This document shows, piece after piece, positions 61,590 to 64,000 of a stretch of 64,000 nucleotides of DNA. Every line of letters begins with the position of its first letter. The first letter of the stretch is position 1. Source of the stretch: Felis catus (lineage: Eukaryota); contig NC_058368.1 in NCBI RefSeq assembly GCF_018350175.1, positions 87,732,001 through 87,796,000 on the forward strand, written 5' to 3'. A program made the position numbers and the translations under genes. The notes below the pieces were generated by a model. It was not told the DNA's origin. It saw only the letters and a program-made list of their open reading frames with translations, and ran no database searches.

Positions 61590-63360
61590 ACTTTTTTTTT
61601 TCAGTTTTAAAAATGTTTATTTATTCTTGACGGCGAGAGAAACAGAGTGCAAGCTGGGGAGGGGCAGAGAGGGAGACACAGAATCCGTAGCAGGCTCCAG
61701 GCTCTGAGCTGTCGAGCCCAGCGAGAGGCTCGAACCCACAAACCATGAGATCAGGACCTGAGCCGAAGTCGGACCCTCAACCGCCTGAGCCACTCAGGCA
61801 CCCCTTCATGACAATTAATAACACAGATGACGTCCAGGAGCTGGATGCACACCTGACAGTGGCTCTGGGGGCAGGGCAGTAGTAAGTGCTGCTTCTGTCA
61901 GGTCCATGATATGTGTGCATGTTGACTCGGCCATTCTTGTTCCTCTTGTTCACTGTCCTCTCCTCATGGTGATGTGCATGTCCCTCCTATGAAGACAGAT
62001 TGATCTCCAGAGTCCTGTAATCACTGGGGGGTCCTCTATAATTTCCAGACCTCTGGTCGACCCAAGTGAGCACAGGGTAGAAACAAAGGAGACATATTTC
62101 TTTTTTTTTTTTTTTTATGTTTATTTTTGAGAGAGAGAGACACACACCCTGAATGCAGGAGGAGCAGAGAGAGAGGGAGACACAGAACCAAAGCAGGCCC
62201 CAGGCTCTGAGTTGTCAGCACAGAGCTCCATGTGGGGCCCGAAACCACAAACCTTGAGATCATGACCTTAGCCACAGTCAAACGTTTAACTGACTGAGCC
62301 ACCCAGGCATCCCAAAGGAGACATAGTTCTATGCCCACAGTTCTGGAGGCCATGTCCGCATGTGCATGACCACTGATTCAAGGGAAAAGACATGTTCGTC
62401 ATTACCAGGAGACCACTGCCACTTTGCCATTGTTTTCCTGCCACCCATGCAGTTTTCCCTGACACAAAACCACCAACAATGACAAGAACTGTCCTTGGGG
62501 CACTCCAGCAATTAAGCATCTGACTCTGGCTTCCTGCTCAAGGCATGATCTCAAGGTTCATGAGGTGGGGCCCTGAGTTAGGCTCTGTGCTGACAGGGCG
62601 GAGCCTGCTTGGGATTTTCTCTCTCTCCCTCTCTCTGTCCCTCCCTCAGTCGACTGTCTGTCTCTCTCAAATAAATAAACTTAAAAAAAAAAAAAGAACC
62701 TTCCTTTCTTCCACATGACTTTTTATGTGGCCTTTCGCATGTACATTGTGTCCTCAGATTCGCTCCATTTAGCAATACAGATTCAAGAAAAGTCATCAAT
62801 GTGCTGTTTACTTAGTTTCCGATCATGACAGCAGGTGGGTCTACCCTGTGCTAAATCTCTCTGTGCTGCTTTGAGTTCAGCGAATGTTCCCCCATGTGTA
62901 ACCTTTCCCCCCACCCCTGCCTCACTCCCAGGAGTCAGCCACCCTGCTCCGCTGACCTGGGGTGTGGCCACAGGTGGCAGGCCCAAAAAACCGCCCCTCA
63001 GCCAAATATTCTCTTTATCAAGAATCCACGATTATTACCCTGTGTGGGAGAAGGGAGGAAATCAATGATCTCCAGAGGAGGGGCTTTCCCTAGATTATCC
63101 TGGGCCTCAATGTAGTCACATGTCTCCCTTCTTCTTCTTCTTCTTCTTCTTCTTCTTCTTCTTCTTCTTCTTTAGTTTATTTTTTGAGAGAGAGAGCAGG
63201 GAATGGGGCAGAGAGAGGGAGAGAGAGAATCCCAAGCACGCTCCTCACTGTCAGCACAGAGCCCGATGCGGGGCTCTCGAACTCATGAACCATGAGATCA
63301 TGACCTGAGCCAAAATCAAGAGTCGGATGCTCAACCGACTGAGCCACGCAGGCACCTCCC
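61590..63360. mobile_element. CAN-SINEs (about 61590-61805-, 62100-62315-, 62497-62697+, 63170-63360-); (CTT)n at 63128-63172
   Basis: SINE motifs. Confidence 0.85.
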
Positions 63361-63369
63361 AACATGTCT

Positions 63370-63630
63370 CCTGGTAGGAGAAAGGCAGAGGGAGTGTGGA
63401 CACACACAAGCGGAAAGGTGAACATGGAGGCAGAGATTGGGATCATGTGGGCACAAGCCAAGAGAGCCCCGAGGAGCTGGAAGAGACAGGAAGGGCTCAC
63501 CCCTAGAGCCTCCAGAGGGAGCGTGGCTCTGTGACACCTTGATGTTGGACTTCTGGCCCCCAAGCCCAGGAGGGTAGGGGAGCCCCTGTTGTAAGACCCC
63601 CAGGTTGTGGTAGTTCCTTAGGGCAGCTCC
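63370..63630 (+). mobile_element. MaLR (MLT1-like) LTR fragment
   Basis: GGAGGCAGAGATTGG...CACAAGCCAAG...CTAGAGCCTCCAGAGGGAGCGTGGC...GACACCTTGAT. Confidence 0.75.
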
Positions 63631-64000
63631 AGGAAGCTGACCCACCACGGGTTCCCCCTGGCTGATGGCAGGTGGGGCGGGGGGGGGGGGGGAGGAGGAC
63701 CAGAAGCTCCCTTTCTGGAGCAAGGGCTTCTGGTGCAGCGACCCAGGTGCTCCTGTCCTGCACCAGAGACCCACACGCCCCAGAGAAGAGTGCTCCCCGA
63801 TGCCAGACAGGGAACATGTGAGTCAGGATATTAATAATAATAACAAGATCAGAAAAGATCTTGGCTTATTTACTAGTAGGGGTGAAAGACAAAAGAGCAT
63901 TGATTCTAGGTTTTATAATCCAGGATTCTCAAGAGACACAGAAGCTATAGTATATATACAGACAGATCTATTTTAAGGAATTGGCTCACGTAATTGTGAT

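Overview
Mammalian genomic DNA, carnivore and most likely cat family, judging by the dense tRNA-derived CAN-SINEs (SINEC_Fc-like) and carnivore L1s. The window corresponds to the HIST3/RNF187 region (human 1q42.13). Intact genes: RNF187 (minus strand, 4 exons, CUG start, one GC-AG intron, stop codon as the first 3 nt of the last exon) and a divergent histone pair, H2BC26/H2BU1 (-) and H2AC25/H2AW (+), with a shared promoter and 3' stem-loops. Also present: an H2B pseudogene, a 5S rRNA fragment, several decayed ERVs/LTRs, L1 pieces, about 45 SINEs and some minisatellites. Two less obvious observations. (1) Nearly every orphan CpG-rich island contains a heavily decayed histone H2A/H3 relic, sometimes with histone promoter or stem-loop remnants, suggesting a much larger ancestral histone cluster spanning RNF187. 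(2) A decayed PRY-SPRY (B30.2) exon lies about 3.3 kb downstream of RNF187 on the same strand, suggesting RNF187 is a truncated TRIM gene. All relic alignments were made by eye and need profile/alignment confirmation. Repeat boundaries are approximate.
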